DNA of 64,000 nucleotides from an uncultured Planctomycetaceae bacterium (GTDB taxonomy: Bacteria > Planctomycetota > Planctomycetia > Planctomycetales > Planctomycetaceae). The stretch is taken from NCBI GenBank assembly GCA_963813715.1, contig CAWFAK010000009.1, positions 192,001 to 256,000 on the forward strand. The letters are read 5' to 3'. This document shows positions 30,852-42,349 of the stretch, piece after piece. Positions within the stretch are counted from its first letter, which is position 1. Each line of letters starts with the position of its first letter. The notes beneath the pieces are model-generated. The model searched no databases. It saw only the letters and a program-made list of their open reading frames with translations, and was not told the DNA's origin. Made by a program: the position numbers and the translations under genes.

Positions 30852-32804
30852 ATGAGTCGCCGCAAGCGAGACATTCGTCGCCGCGCGACGGCCCAGTCGC
30901 CGGGTTCGGAATCGGACGTGTCGAACGGTTGGTCGCCGCGCGCTGCGCGTCCGCCGATCGAACGCGCCGAGAAGCTGGCAATCGGCGTGTTGTTCGTGGC
31001 GGCGGTCGCGCTGCGGTTTTCGTACCAGGCGAGGATCTCGATCGAGCACTGGGACGAGGCGGTCAACGCGTCGAACATTTTTCTCGAGCAAGGCTATCCG
31101 AATCGCTTCCTCTACTCGCCGCCGCTCGTGCCGCTTGTGATCGAAATCTCGATGCTCCTCCTGGGCAAGACGCCGCTGGCTGCCGTCATGCCTAACCTGA
31201 TGTTGGGTTCGCTGACCGTGCCGCTCTGTTGGTGGGTCGGCCGGGAATGGTTCGGGCCCATTGCCGGGATTGCTGCCGCCGCCCTGGCGGCGTTCTCCGA
31301 CTTTCAAATCGTCTATTCGCGCACCGGCCTGACCGACGCGGCGCTCGGCTTCTGGTTCTTGCTCGCCGTCTATTGTTCGTGGCGGGCCCTCGCGCGGAAT
31401 CGGCTGGGCGAGGCGGTGGTCGCTGGGCTGGTCATCGCCTGTGCCTGGGCGACCAAGTACAACGGCTGGCTGCCGCTGGCTGTCGCCCTGTCGGCCTTCA
31501 TCGCCTGGGGAGTCTGCGAGCGGTTTGGCCGAGCCGACTGGACGGCCCGGCTGCCCGTCGTGGCGACGCTCATCATCGCGACATTGCTCGGCTGGAGCCC
31601 CGTCTGGCTGTTGCTTCAGCCTGAGGGCGGCTACTCGGTTGTCACCGCCAATCACGCCCAATACTTCTTTGGCCTCTCCAGCTGGTGGGACGACTTCAAA
31701 CGCCAGCTCGCCAATCAGCGGTTCTATGAAGGATGGATGACCGCGGCCGGGATGATGCTGGCCTGGCTGCTGCCGGTAATCGTTCAGCGGTCCGGCCGAG
31801 CCCTTCCCACACAGGACACGGCCATCGCGCCGGAAGCGGAATCGGAGACAGAAAACGTGACGGGCGGGGTGGGATCGCGGTCATCGGCTGACGTCGTCCG
31901 CGAGTTTGCCCGGCGGATTCACCTGCTGACGATCGCTGCGTTGCTGGCGGGAGTTTCGCTCCTCCTCGGCTGGTTCGGCTTCGCTGCCGTTTTTGGACTC
32001 CTCTTCATCGCGTTCGTAATCCTGGTGACTGTGCTGCGTCCGCGGACTGCGCCCGTCGATCCGGAGGCCGCCCGGGCGCGCAATTTGGCCGGCTGGTTAT
32101 TGGCCGCCTGGTTCCTGGGACTACTCGTCGCCGTGCCGCTCTACAAGCCGTATCCGCGACTGGTCATGCCCTGGCTGGTCTGCGCCTGGATGGTGGCCGG
32201 CGCGTGCATCGACACGGTCATGAATCGGGCGGCCGCCCGCTGGACCGAACGCGATGCCGCCCGGACCGACGCCTACTGCGCTTGGGCTGGACGACCGTGG
32301 TGTTTTTGGTCGGAGCGATCGGCGTCTTCGCTCTCGGTGCCTTTTCGCGGATGAGTCTGGCACGCGGACGCGACATCCCGGCCTGGCAGGATCGCACGGT
32401 CCGCGCGAACGCCGTGAAACGGGCCGTTCAATACGCGCCTCAAGCGGGCACCCGGCAAGCCCCTATTTCTCGTCTACGGAGAGCCGTGCCTGTTCTTCGA
32501 TCTGGCCGTGGAGGGCTACAATCCGCAGCCGCCGCTGGGGGGCGATTTCTCGTTCCTCGCCCCCGGACAAAAGCCCCTGCCGCAGCCGGCCTTCTTGCTG
32601 GCCTACGAGGGGACGGCCGACTTCGACAAGCTGATCGAGCCCTACAAGAAGGCTCTGAGCGTCGAGGCCATCTTCCACGACACCCCCAGCGATCTTGTGC
32701 TGCTGGACACCTACAGCCCCGCCGACGTCGCGCCGGGCAAGCCGCACCCGCCCCCGGAGGCCCTGGTCCTCTACCGGATCAATTCACGGATCAACCCGCA
32801 ATGA
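30852..32804 (+). CDS. ArnT/PMT-like (GT39/GT83) membrane glycosyltransferase (several frameshifts after ~32270)
   Basis: WDEAVNA, PPLVP, YSRTGLTD, WATKYNG, many TM segments. Confidence 0.8.
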
Positions 32805-32807
32805 GGC

Positions 32808-32823
32808 TGTTCCACGCGGAACA
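32808..32823. promoter_or_regulatory. parS site
   Basis: TGTTCCACGCGGAACA, 15/16 match to the canonical parS palindrome, ~230 bp upstream of parB. Confidence 0.78.
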
Positions 32824-32907
32824 AATGCGTTGGTGTGTTGCTGTTAATTTGGGCGAGCCCAGAGATTACCGCCGCCTTTGAGCATTACTCACGCGGTGCC
32901 CTTTACC

Positions 32908-32923
32908 AATTTCACGTGGAATC
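32908..32923. promoter_or_regulatory. parS-like site
   Basis: aaTTTCACGTGGAAtc core match. Confidence 0.5.
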
Positions 32924-33056
32924 CCGCATTATTAGTAAAGCCCCCATTTTCCGCAGGGGGAATAACAGACGCTCGCCTGAATCGGACCTTGAAGCCAGAC
33001 CGATCGATTCCATGCGGTTGGCGATTCCAGGGATGCGAATCACGAGGTGCGCGGTC

Positions 33057-34057
33057 ATGGATGAACAGGCACGTGGGGCGGTGGACGGCACGTTAAATTT
33101 CGAGGCGCAGGGGCCGAGCTCGGTCCGGCGGCGATTGGGTCGCGGGCTGAGCGCGCTCTTGGGCTCGAACGGGAACGAAGGCGGGCTGACTGTTCCCGCC
33201 GGCTCGGCTCCCACCGAATCGCGGGCCGCAGTTGCCGATTCCAGCCACGTGCACGTCGAACTGATCGAGCGGAATCCCTTCCAGCCCCGCAAAGACTTCG
33301 AGAGCGAGGCGCTCGACGAACTGGTCGAGAGCGTCCGCCAGCACGGCGTGCTCCAGCCGTTGCTCGTGCGGCCCTGCGGCGGACAGTACCAACTGATCGC
33401 CGGCGAGCGCCGCCTGATGGCCGCGAAGAAAGCCGGCCTCGAGACCGTCCCTTGCCGCGTGCTGGAACTTGAAGACCAGGCGATGTGCGAGGCGGCCCTC
33501 GAAGAGAACCTCAAGCGCCGGGACCTCAACGTCCTGGAAAAAGCGCAAGCCTTCAAAGAGTACATGCACCGCTTCTCGGCCAGCGTCGACGACGTGGCCA
33601 AACACCTCAGCATGAGCCGCTCGTCGGTCTGCAATTTTCTGCGGCTCTTGGAACTGACCGACTTCGTCAAGGATGCCCTGTTGGCCGAGCGGGTGAGCTT
33701 TGGCCACGCGCGGGCCATCCTCTCGCTGAATCACGACGACCAGATCGCGCTGTGCGGCCGGATCGAGAGCGAATCGCTCTCGGTCCGCGAAACCGAGGCA
33801 GCCGTGCGGGAGATCCTCAAGAACCAGCAAGAGCCGCAGGCTGAGACGATCCTGTTCACCGGCGCGGGCGCCCGCCGAAACCGGCACCGAGCACCGCGAG
33901 CGCCCACGTCCGCTCCCTGGAAGAGACCCTCGGCCAGCTCTTCGCGGTCGCGGTCCAAATCAAGGTGAGCGGCAAGGACAAGGGCAAGATTGTGATTCCG
34001 TTCGCCAACAACGACGAGTTCGAACGGATCCTGCGGCACCTCCGTCGCGCGGCTTGA
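33057..34057 (+). CDS. parB: ParB/Spo0J chromosome partition protein (frameshift ~33870)
   Basis: RRRLGRGLSALL, NPFQPRKDF, GVLQPLLVR, IAGERR, ENLKRRDLN, HTH, GHARAIL. Confidence 0.93.
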
Positions 34058-34730
34058 CGTCAGCCGGCTCGCATCGCCGGATCTCGATGCGAGTCGTCCG
34101 GTCCCGAGTCGTCCGGGCCCCCGGGTCCCGTTCCGCTGAGAAGTGTCCGGACCGGATATTTGCCGGCCTGCGCTCGGCAAAGCAACGTGTCCCGACCCCA
34201 ACAGACGTCCCGTCTCTGCGGTTCTTGTCCGTAGACCTCGGGGCCGTCGCCCCATTCCAATCCCGTCCCGACCCTGGCTGGACGGTCCGAGTCCGGTCCC
34301 GAATGCCGCCCCCCTTTCAATCGAAAGTGTCCGGACCGGACTTTTGTCCGACGTAAGTCGCTGCCGGGTAAAGACTACGGCCGGACTCATTTTGGCGGAC
34401 CGGGGAGTCTGGGATCGGGACCGGACCGACTCCGAGTCCGACCGCTCCGGCAGCCGTCTCCCATCAAGACCTTGGATTGGGGACCCCTGGACTCATCTGG
34501 CGGTCCCGTCCCGTCCCAATGTGCCGGTCCGGAATGCGATCGAGAACTCTCCCCCGGTTCACACCGGGGCTCGGGCAAGTTTGTGTCCCGTCCCGCGGTT
34601 CCGGTCCCGAAGTCCGGTCTCATAGAAAGTGTCCGGACCGGACCTCGCGACACGAGCGCGGAGCCAGGGCGAAAGGGGCTTTTCTTTCCATCGTGCCACA
34701 CTCCGCCGATTCGCCCAAGATCAGTTTTCT
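34058..34730. repeat. GTCCC/GTCCGGAC-rich non-coding element, copy B
   Basis: Exact 16-mer AAGTGTCCGGACCGGA at 34141, 34325 and 34627; CAACGTGTCCCGACCC unit shared with copy A; CCAAGATCAGTTT at 34715. Confidence 0.75.
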
Positions 34731-34748
34731 ACGCCCGACTCCGGTTTT

Positions 34749-35850
34749 CTACTGCTGCCTCAATTGTCGCCCTGGTGGCACCGGTTCGGCCTGATCGATC
34801 GCGACATGCGGTTCCGCGGATTCCGGGGAGCGCATTTGCTCGGCGACGAGCCGCGTGTAAGCCGGGTTGCGAAAACGCAACTTGATGACATTCCGAGTTG
34901 TGTCTCCGCGGGCAATCGTCACGGGAGTCGTTGACCGAAAAGCAACGATGGCGGCGACCAGCATCGACGCTCCGAGCGCGACGGCCGTGGCGATCCAGAA
35001 ATCGTCGCCCGCGAAGTTGAGGGGCAGGACGATCGCTGCCGACAGGCAGGTGCAAACCAAGGCGGCCGTCAAGAAGATTCGCCAATAGGCGCGCTGCTGA
35101 ATGCCGGCGCATTCCGCGCAGCGCGGGACGAACATCTGCGCGGCCGGATGAAATGCTCGGTGCTGCGTGCCCTTCGCTCGCCTCGTTTAAACAGACGCAA
35201 CAGACTGGCGGCAGTTGATGGCGTCCCAGTTGGAAATCGCACCATTCGCCGACCGGCGCGACGCCGATACGGCCATTTGACGCGGCTTTGATCTCTCCCG
35301 AAATGGGATCCTGGAGCAGCGCCGGCGGCGTTCCGGGCAGTAATTCTGGAGCATCGGGATAGTTGCGATTGGGATTGATCCGACCCCGCAGCCACATCTG
35401 AATGCCCAGCGTGCCGCCGGACAACAGCACGATTCCGAGCAAAATCAGGGCAACGATCGGCAGCGCGTCCGGGTCACCGAAGGCCAGCAGCGGGACGAGC
35501 GTCAGCGCGAGAAGAATCGCGGTGCCTAAGATGTAGAACGCCACCCTGCCCCACAGCCGGTAGCGGGTCCGGCGATAGCCCTGGACCAGGTCCTCATTGA
35601 TCCACGAGCACTTGGGGCAAGGAACGAGTTCTCTCCCACGATCGAGCGCGCGCTCGAGCTCCTTGGCGGCCCGCTGCTCAGCCAGCCGCGCCGCCCGGGC
35701 CTGCCCGAGACAGTAGGGCGCGACGCCGACTCCCGTGCCGACACGACTCAACTGATAGCAGTAGCCGGTGCCGCACCGGTCGCACTCCACGCGCGCTAAC
35801 CGTTGCCCGGCGGCCGATTGCGTGAAATGTTTGCCAAAATAAAGGAACAT
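34749..35850 (-). CDS. Hypothetical membrane protein with CxxC (Zn-ribbon-like) pairs (frameshift ~35140)
   Basis: CDRC, CPKC, CCVC, CAEC and two TM hairpins. Confidence 0.6.
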
Positions 35851-36089
35851 CGCGAACCACGCTCGGAAAAGGACACGCCTCGCTTCGCACTCTTGAAATG
35901 AGGCGACTCGTTAATGCCGAAGTGCGATTGTACCGCCATTCGGACCGCGTCCTAGAGACGGATTCGCAGCAAATCCTTGCCGTCGTGCTGGCTTGCTGCC
36001 GCCGCGATGGTTGAATGCCGGTGCGCCGGCTATTCTTCTTCCGTTCGACAGTGTTCGGGCACGTTCGCTTGAGACCGGTGCCGCTCCCA

Positions 36090-36689
36090 ATGGGTAAAGG
36101 CCGACTCGAAGCCTTCAGCGACGGCGTGATCGCCATCATCATTACCGTGATGGTGCTGGAGATGAAGGTGCCGCTGCCCCACCAAGGGGCGACACTCGCC
36201 GATCTCAAGCCGGTGGTGCCGTCCTTGTTGAGCTATGCGTTGAGCTTCGTCTTCATCGGCATCTACTGGAACAATCACCATCACCTGTTCCAGGCGACGC
36301 GGCGCGTGACGGGCGGCATTCTCTGGGCCAATTTGCATCTGCTCTTTTGGCTCTCGCTCATTCCCTTCACGACCGCCTGGATGGGCGAGAACACGTTCGC
36401 CCCGACGCCGACCGCGGTGTACGGTGTCGTGCTGCTGCTTGCGGCGCTGGCCTATTACGTGCTGCAGCTCACGATCCTGCGGGCGCCCGGCGGAAACCCG
36501 ATGTTGGAAGAGGCCCTTGGCGGCGATTGGAAAGGCAAAATCTCACCGGTCCTCTATGTGCTGGCAATTGCGGCGTGCTTGATCAGCCAGTGGCTCGCCT
36601 GCGCGTTTTACGTGCTGGTCGCCCTGATCTGGCTCATTCCCGATCGGCGGATCGAACGGATGTTTGCCAATCGCGAGTCCGACGACTGA
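36090..36689 (+). CDS. TMEM175 (DUF1211) family K+ channel
   Basis: RLEAFSDGVIAIIITVMVLE, YWNNHHHLF, LSLIPFTT. Confidence 0.92.
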   Translation: MGKGRLEAFSDGVIAIIITVMVLEMKVPLPHQGATLADLKPVVPSLLSYALSFVFIGIYWNNHHHLFQATRRVTGGILWANLHLLFWLSLIPFTTAWMGENTFAPTPTAVYGVVLLLAALAYYVLQLTILRAPGGNPMLEEALGGDWKGKISPVLYVLAIAACLISQWLACAFYVLVALIWLIPDRRIERMFANRESDD

Positions 36690-36721
36690 CCGGCGAGAGC
36701 CGCGGCGGTATAACGAATCGT

Positions 36722-37631
36722 ATGCCTACTCCGCACTGGCACGGCGTGTTTCCCGCGGTCACGACGCAGTTTCGCGAGGATCAATCGCTCGACCTCGACG
36801 CCACCGCGCGGCATTGGGAGGTAATGATCGCGAGCGGCATCCAGGGCCTGATCGTCGCCGGGTCGCTCGGTGAGAACCAAACGCTCGAGCCCGCCGAAAA
36901 GCGGGCCCTCGTCGCCGAGGCGGTGAAGTGTGCGGCCGGCCGTATCCCCGTGCTCAGCGGCGTGGCCGAGATGAGCACGGCGGCCGCCTGCAAGTACGTC
37001 CGCGATTGCGAACGCCTGGGGGCCAGCGGATTCATGGTGATGCCCGCGATGGTCTACAAGGCCGACGCCCGCGAAGCCGCGCATCACTTTCGCCAGGTGG
37101 CCGCCGCCACGAGCCTGCCCTGGATGCTCTACAACAATCCGGTTGGCTATCCGGTCGACATCACGCCGGCGCAGTTCGTCGAGCTGGCCGACATCCCGAC
37201 TCTGGTGGCGATCAAGGAAAGCTCGGCCAACACGCGGCGGATCACCGAGCTGCGAATCGCTGTCGGCGACCGCTACGCCCTCTTCGTGGGGGTCGACGAC
37301 CTGATCCTGGAGTCGGCGGTGCTGGAAATCGACGGCTGGGTGGCCGGCTCGGGCATTGCCGTTCCTCGCGAGAACCAGCACTTTTGGGAGCTGACGCGGC
37401 GCGGCCGCTGGGACGAGGCGCGGGCCCTGCTATCGCTGGTTTTACCCGCTGCTCAAGCTGGACACGCAGATCAAGTTCGTGCAGCTGATCAAGCTCGCGG
37501 TGCAAGAGGCGGGCCTCGGCCGCGAGTGGGTCCGCAGTCCGCGCTTACCGCTGGCCGGCGCCGAGCGGGAGCAAGCTCTTGCCGTCATCCTCGACGCCTT
37601 GGACAATCGGCCGCGGCTTTCCGCGCTTTGA
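36722..37631 (+). CDS. DHDPS/NAL-family enzyme, probably pyrroline-4-hydroxy-2-carboxylate deaminase (frameshift ~37430)
   Basis: GVFPAVTTQF, GSLGE, LYNNP, AIKESS, GVDDL; operon context. Confidence 0.85.
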
Positions 37632-37645
37632 ATCGGAGTGACGGC

Positions 37646-38592
37646 GTGAGCCTGCAGCGCATCCAAGTGATCGATTCCCACACCGGCGGCGAGCCGACGC
37701 GCGTGATCGTCGCGGGCGGGCCCGACCTGGGGGGTGGCTCGCTGGCCGAGCAGCGCGAGCGTTTTCGATCGCAACACGACCGCTTCCGCCGGGCTGTGAT
37801 CTGCGAACCGCGCGGGTCCGACGTCATTGTCGGCGCCCTGCTCTGCCCGCCCAGCGATCGCCAGTGCGCGACCGGAGTGATCTTCTTCGAGAGCGTCGGC
37901 TATCTGGGGATGTGCGGGCACGGGACGATCGGCGTAGCGGTCACGCTCGGCCATCTGGGGCGGATCAAGGCGGGCCGCTCGTGCTTCGAGACGCCGGTCG
38001 GCCGCATCTCGATCGAGTACGACGGGGCGAACACGGTCGCCCTCGAAAATGTTCCGAGCTATCGCCTCGCCAAGGACGTGACCGTCGAGGTGCCGGGCCT
38101 CGGCAAGGTGACCGGCGACGTCGCCTGGGGCGGCAACTGGTTCTTTCTCGTCCGCGATCCGATCGAGCCGCTCGAATTGAGCCGAGTCGATCGGCTCCTC
38201 GACATCACGCGGCGAATTCGGGCGGCGTTGCGACGACAACGGCATCACGGGCGCCGACGGGGCGGAGATCGATCACGTGGAATTGTTTGGTCCTCCCGCC
38301 GACCCGCGCAATCAGAGCCGCAATTTCATGCTCTGTCCGGGCGGAGCCTACGATCGTTCACCGTGCGGCACGGGAACGAGCGCCAAGCTCGCCTGCCTGG
38401 CGGCCGACGGACGGCTCGCGCCCGGCGAACCGTGGCGGCAAGAAAGCATTTTGGGGAGCGTCTTCACCGGCCTCGTACCGGATCGACGGCGGGCGGACGA
38501 TCCCCAAAATCTCCGGCCAGGCCTTCGTCACGGCCGAGACGACCTTGCTGCTCGACGAGTCCGATCCGTTCGCCTGGGGCTGCCCCGCGTGA
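37646..38592 (+). CDS. Proline racemase family, probably 4-hydroxyproline 2-epimerase (two frameshifts)
   Basis: [11 protein letters not shown]; catalytic MCGH and DRSPCGTG. Confidence 0.9.
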
Positions 38593-39872
38593 CCGCGACC
38601 CCATTCCCCCCGGCCGGTGCGGGTTCCGATCGCGTGGTCGTGGTCGGCGGAGGCGTGATCGGGGCGGCCTGCGCGTACTTTCTGCGGCAGGCCGGGCGAC
38701 GCGTGACGATCGTCGACGCCGGCGCGTTCGGCCGCGGCTGCTCGCACGGCAACTGCGGCTACATCTCACCGAGCCACGTGTTGCCGCTGGCTGGGCCGGG
38801 CGCGCTGCAGCTCGGCGCTCAAAACGCTGTTTCAGAAGAATTCGCCCCTCAAGGTGCGCTGGCGGCTCGATCCGGCGCTCTGGAGCTGGTTCTGGAAGTT
38901 CGCCCGTCGCTGCAACGAGCGCGACTGCGCTGGCCGCCGGGCACGCGATCCAGAATCTTCTCGGCTCGTCCCGCGCGCTGTACGACGAACTCGTTTGCTC
39001 GACGCTCAGCGACGTCGAGTGGGAGCCCTCGGGCGTGCTCTTCGTCTTCCGCACTCCCGCCGCGATGGACCACTACGCCCACACCGACGCGCTCCTGCGA
39101 AACGAGTACGGCCTGGACGCGACGCGCTTCGACGGAAATTCGCTCTTGGAGTTCGAGCCGTCGCTCAAGCCGGGCAGCGCCGGGGCCTGGTTCTATCCGT
39201 CGGACGGTTTGCTGCGCCCCGACAAGCTGATGGCCGCCTGGAGGCGCGTGCTCGAACAGTCGGGCGTCGAAATCCGCGAACACTGCGCGCTCCGCGATTT
39301 GGCCGTCGACGGCCGCGTCGTCGGCGGAGTCATCACCGACGCGGGCAAGATCGAGGCCGACCAGACGCTGATTGCGACGGGAGCGTGGACGCCCCAGTTG
39401 AGCCGGATGTTGCGCTGCCCCGTTCCGATTCAGCCGGGTAAGGGCTATTCGATCACGATGCCCCGCCCTGCACTCTGCCCGCGGCGGCCGATGATCTTCG
39501 AGGAGCATCGCGTCGCCATCTCGCCCATGCAGAGCGGTTATCGCATCGGCTCGACGATGGAATTTGCCGGCTATGATTCGCGACTGAATCCCGATCGCTT
39601 GATGCTCTTGCGCGAAAGTGCAGCCCTATACTTGAAAGAGCCGCTCGCGGAGTCCGACGCTCGAGGAATGGTGGGGCTGGCGGCCGATGACGCCCGACGG
39701 CCTCCCTTTCATCGGGCGGCTGCCCGCGTTCGACAACGTCTTCCTGGCGGCCGGGCATTGTATGCTGGGCGTTTCGATGGCGCCGGCCACCGGCAAACTC
39801 GTCGCGGAACTGATGACCGGCCAACCACCGCACATCGACCCGACACCCTACGCCGTCACGCGTAGTATTTGA
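38589..39872 (+). CDS. FAD-dependent D-amino acid (D-hydroxyproline) dehydrogenase (frameshifts)
   Basis: [47 protein letters not shown]. Confidence 0.88.
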
Positions 39873-39894
39873 TAGGTTCTCCTCGTCTCTGTCT

Positions 39895-40145
39895 CCCTCT
39901 CCCATTCCGATGGGAGAGGGCCGGGGTGAGGGCAAGTTTTGGCAGTTTCTTTGAGCCCGAGGTGGCCGGCACCAATCGATCGTGGAATGATTTGAAGCGT
40001 CCACCTTTGCCTTGATCTCTGTTGCCTCTGTTACCTCCTGTTCAAGATCCTCTTCTTTGTGCCTTCGTGCCTTCGTGGTGAAACGAGCTTTTCCGATTCC
40101 CATTCGAGAACCGGCGGGCTGATCCGCCGCGGCGGACCGCTCGCC
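39895..40145. repeat. Mosaic of several short repeat families
   Basis: Solo DUF559-type palindrome (39895-39933); CTCTGTTGC/CTCTGTTAC/CTCCTGTTC (40017-40043); CTTTGTGC/CTTCGTGC/CTTCGTGG (40055-40082); CCGGCGGGCTGA..CCGCTCGCC (40111-40145). Confidence 0.75.
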
Positions 40146-40195
40146 TCAGGCCCATTAGTCAGCAAGTCGACGAAACCCAGACGAAGGAGCGCTTC

Positions 40196-41287
40196 ATGGA
40201 CAGGTCGTTAAGCGAGCATGCCTTTCTGCCCGATGCCGACCCGTTAACTGCCTTTCCGCCCGATAGCCCGATGGCCGTGCTGGACGAGATCGGCCGCGAT
40301 CTGCCGAGCCTGCTGCGGGACTCCGGCTTTCGCTCGCGGGCCCGGCGTCTCGAAATTCCCGCCTGGAAGGAGCCTGCCGATCCCGCTGCCGTCCTGCCCC
40401 AGCTGCGGCTGCGCTACGTGCGGCTGGGCTTCCTCGCATCGGCTTACATCAACCAAGTCGGCGAACCGCTGGCCGGCGTGCTGCCGCGGAACCTGGCCGT
40501 GCCGCTTGCGGACGCGTGCCGGCGGCTGTCGCGGCCGCCGATCCTGAGCTACGACGGCTATGCCCTTTACAACTGGAAGCGGTTCGATCCCGCGCGGCCG
40601 ATCGCGCTGGGGAACATTGACACGATCCAGAATTTCGTTCACCTCTACGACGAGCACTGGTTCATCCTGGTGCACGTCGAGATCGAGCAGATCGCGGCTC
40701 ACATGATGGCGGGCGTGGACCTGGCGACCCGGGGCATCGCCGCCGGCGATCGGGGACTCGTCAATCGCGGGCTGCAGAAGGTCGGCGAAAGTGTCAGCCG
40801 GCAGATCGCCGTCCTCCGCCGCATCCCCGAGCACATGGACCCGGCCCTGTATTACAAGACGTTTCGGCCGTACATTCGCTTCTTCGAGCACGTCGTCTTC
40901 GAGGGGGTCGACTCCACGCCGATGAATTTCCGCGGCGAAACCGGCGCCCAGAGCAGCATCATGCCGACGCTCGTCGCGCTGATGAAGATTCCGCACCGGC
41001 CGTCACTGCTCACCAATCACCTGGACGACATGCAGAATTTCATGCCGCGCGAGCACCGGCAACTGATCGCCGACGTGCAAGCCCTGGGCGACCCACGGCC
41101 GCTCGCCGACAAGGAACCCTACAATGAAGTGCTCGAAGCGATGGCCACTTTTCGCGAAGTCCACTACGGCTGGGCCGACGAGTACATCAACAAGCGAGTC
41201 AGCGACCCCCGCGGCACCGGCGGCACTCCCTATATGCAGTGGCTGGGCCAACTGATCGCCGAAACGCGGGCCCACAAAATTCCGTGA
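40196..41287 (+). CDS. Indoleamine 2,3-dioxygenase-like heme protein
   Basis: PILSY..YALYNW, EHWFILVH, RGETGAQSS, FREVH, RGTGGTPY. Confidence 0.85.
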   Translation: MDRSLSEHAFLPDADPLTAFPPDSPMAVLDEIGRDLPSLLRDSGFRSRARRLEIPAWKEPADPAAVLPQLRLRYVRLGFLASAYINQVGEPLAGVLPRNLAVPLADACRRLSRPPILSYDGYALYNWKRFDPARPIALGNIDTIQNFVHLYDEHWFILVHVEIEQIAAHMMAGVDLATRGIAAGDRGLVNRGLQKVGESVSRQIAVLRRIPEHMDPALYYKTFRPYIRFFEHVVFEGVDSTPMNFRGETGAQSSIMPTLVALMKIPHRPSLLTNHLDDMQNFMPREHRQLIADVQALGDPRPLADKEPYNEVLEAMATFREVHYGWADEYINKRVSDPRGTGGTPYMQWLGQLIAETRAHKIP

Positions 41288-41418
41288 GGATGGTCGAGGT
41301 GTGGGGATGGTTCGTGTCCCGTCCCGTGTCCCGTCCCAACTGTTCCCCCCTCGCCCGTCGCGCTCCTTCAGCCACGAAACCGCGATTCGTCCAAGATCAG
41401 TTTCTTGGACTCCGGGAT
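41288..41418. repeat. GTCCC-rich non-coding element, short copy C
   Basis: CGTGTCCCGTCC twice in tandem, then a block matching 19815-19872 that includes the palindrome GTCCAAGA-TCAGTT-TCTTGGAC. Confidence 0.75.
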
Positions 41419-41473
41419 TGACGAACGTTCACCGCGGTCGCAAGCTCTGAGCTTGGCACCGAGGGAAATCAAC

Positions 41474-42034
41474 ATGAACAATCTCGACCACATGTTAGAA
41501 CGCAACAAAGACTTTGCTGCTCAACAGTCTGCCGCGGGCACACTGATGCCTTCGCTTCCGCGGGCGCTGCCGAATGTAAAAGCAGTCATCATCGGTTGCG
41601 CTGATATGCGCGTGGATCCGGCAGATATACTCGGAATTAAACCGGGTGAGGCCGTCATCATGCGCAACATCGGCGGTCGAATCACCCCTGGGCTGTTGGA
41701 GCAACTGGGGCTGCTCGGACGAATCGGCGAGGTTGCCGCGGAGATTCCAGGGGGTGGTGGAGAGTTTCATATCATCGTGCTGCATCACACCGATTGCGGC
41801 ATCACTCGTCTTGCGGGCGACCCCGCCATGCTGGCGCACTATTTTCAAGTCGAGGAAGGCGACCTCAAAGCAAAAGCGGTCACCGATCCCCGCGCCGCGG
41901 TTGCCGTCGACGTTGCTTTGCTCCGGGCGATTCCCGCATTGCCGGGCGCGTGGTTAGTCTCCGGCCTCGTCTATGACGTAGCGAACGGACTTGTTGAGAT
42001 CGTAGTACCGCCGGCGCCGATTCGTACTGCGTAA
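41474..42034 (+). CDS. Beta-class carbonic anhydrase
   Basis: CADMR (CxDxR), RNIGGR, HHTDCG zinc ligands, GLVYDV. Confidence 0.88.
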   Translation: MNNLDHMLERNKDFAAQQSAAGTLMPSLPRALPNVKAVIIGCADMRVDPADILGIKPGEAVIMRNIGGRITPGLLEQLGLLGRIGEVAAEIPGGGGEFHIIVLHHTDCGITRLAGDPAMLAHYFQVEEGDLKAKAVTDPRAAVAVDVALLRAIPALPGAWLVSGLVYDVANGLVEIVVPPAPIRTA

Positions 42035-42349
42035 AATGATCCGGCGTAAAATGATCCGGCCCGACACCCGCCTCTGGCGTTGCGACCTAACCTGGGGTTG
42101 CTCCCTCGGTTGGATGTGCCGGCCCCCGGTGTTGCGCATCGATCCGCCGATGCGTGGCGAAGTGCTGCTCTCGATCAGGCCGTACCTCTACGGCGACGAC
42201 GCGACTGCCGTAGTTGCCCGCGACGAGCCTGTGTGCCGCTCGTGGCTGGACAAAGCTGGGCTGAGCGACCCCCCGCGTTTTTCTGGTGTGACCCCCGGTC
42301 CAGGGCGAAGGGATCGCACCGGCCAGGGTCGCGGGGCTGCACACGCGAC

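Noticed and set aside
35925..36005. Possible decayed duplicate of the parB 3' end (ACGGAT..CCGTCGTGCTGGCTTG vs ACGGAT..CCGTCGCGCGGCTTG)
   Set aside because: Needs several gaps in GC-rich DNA, and part of the match (ATTGTA) is better explained as a minus-strand -10 box. Unresolved without a significance-tested alignment.
36347..39865. 1172-aa apparent DHDPS-racemase-dehydrogenase fusion
   Set aside because: A chance continuous frame stitched from frameshifted pieces of three genes, each with its own start and stop, with nonsense segments between.
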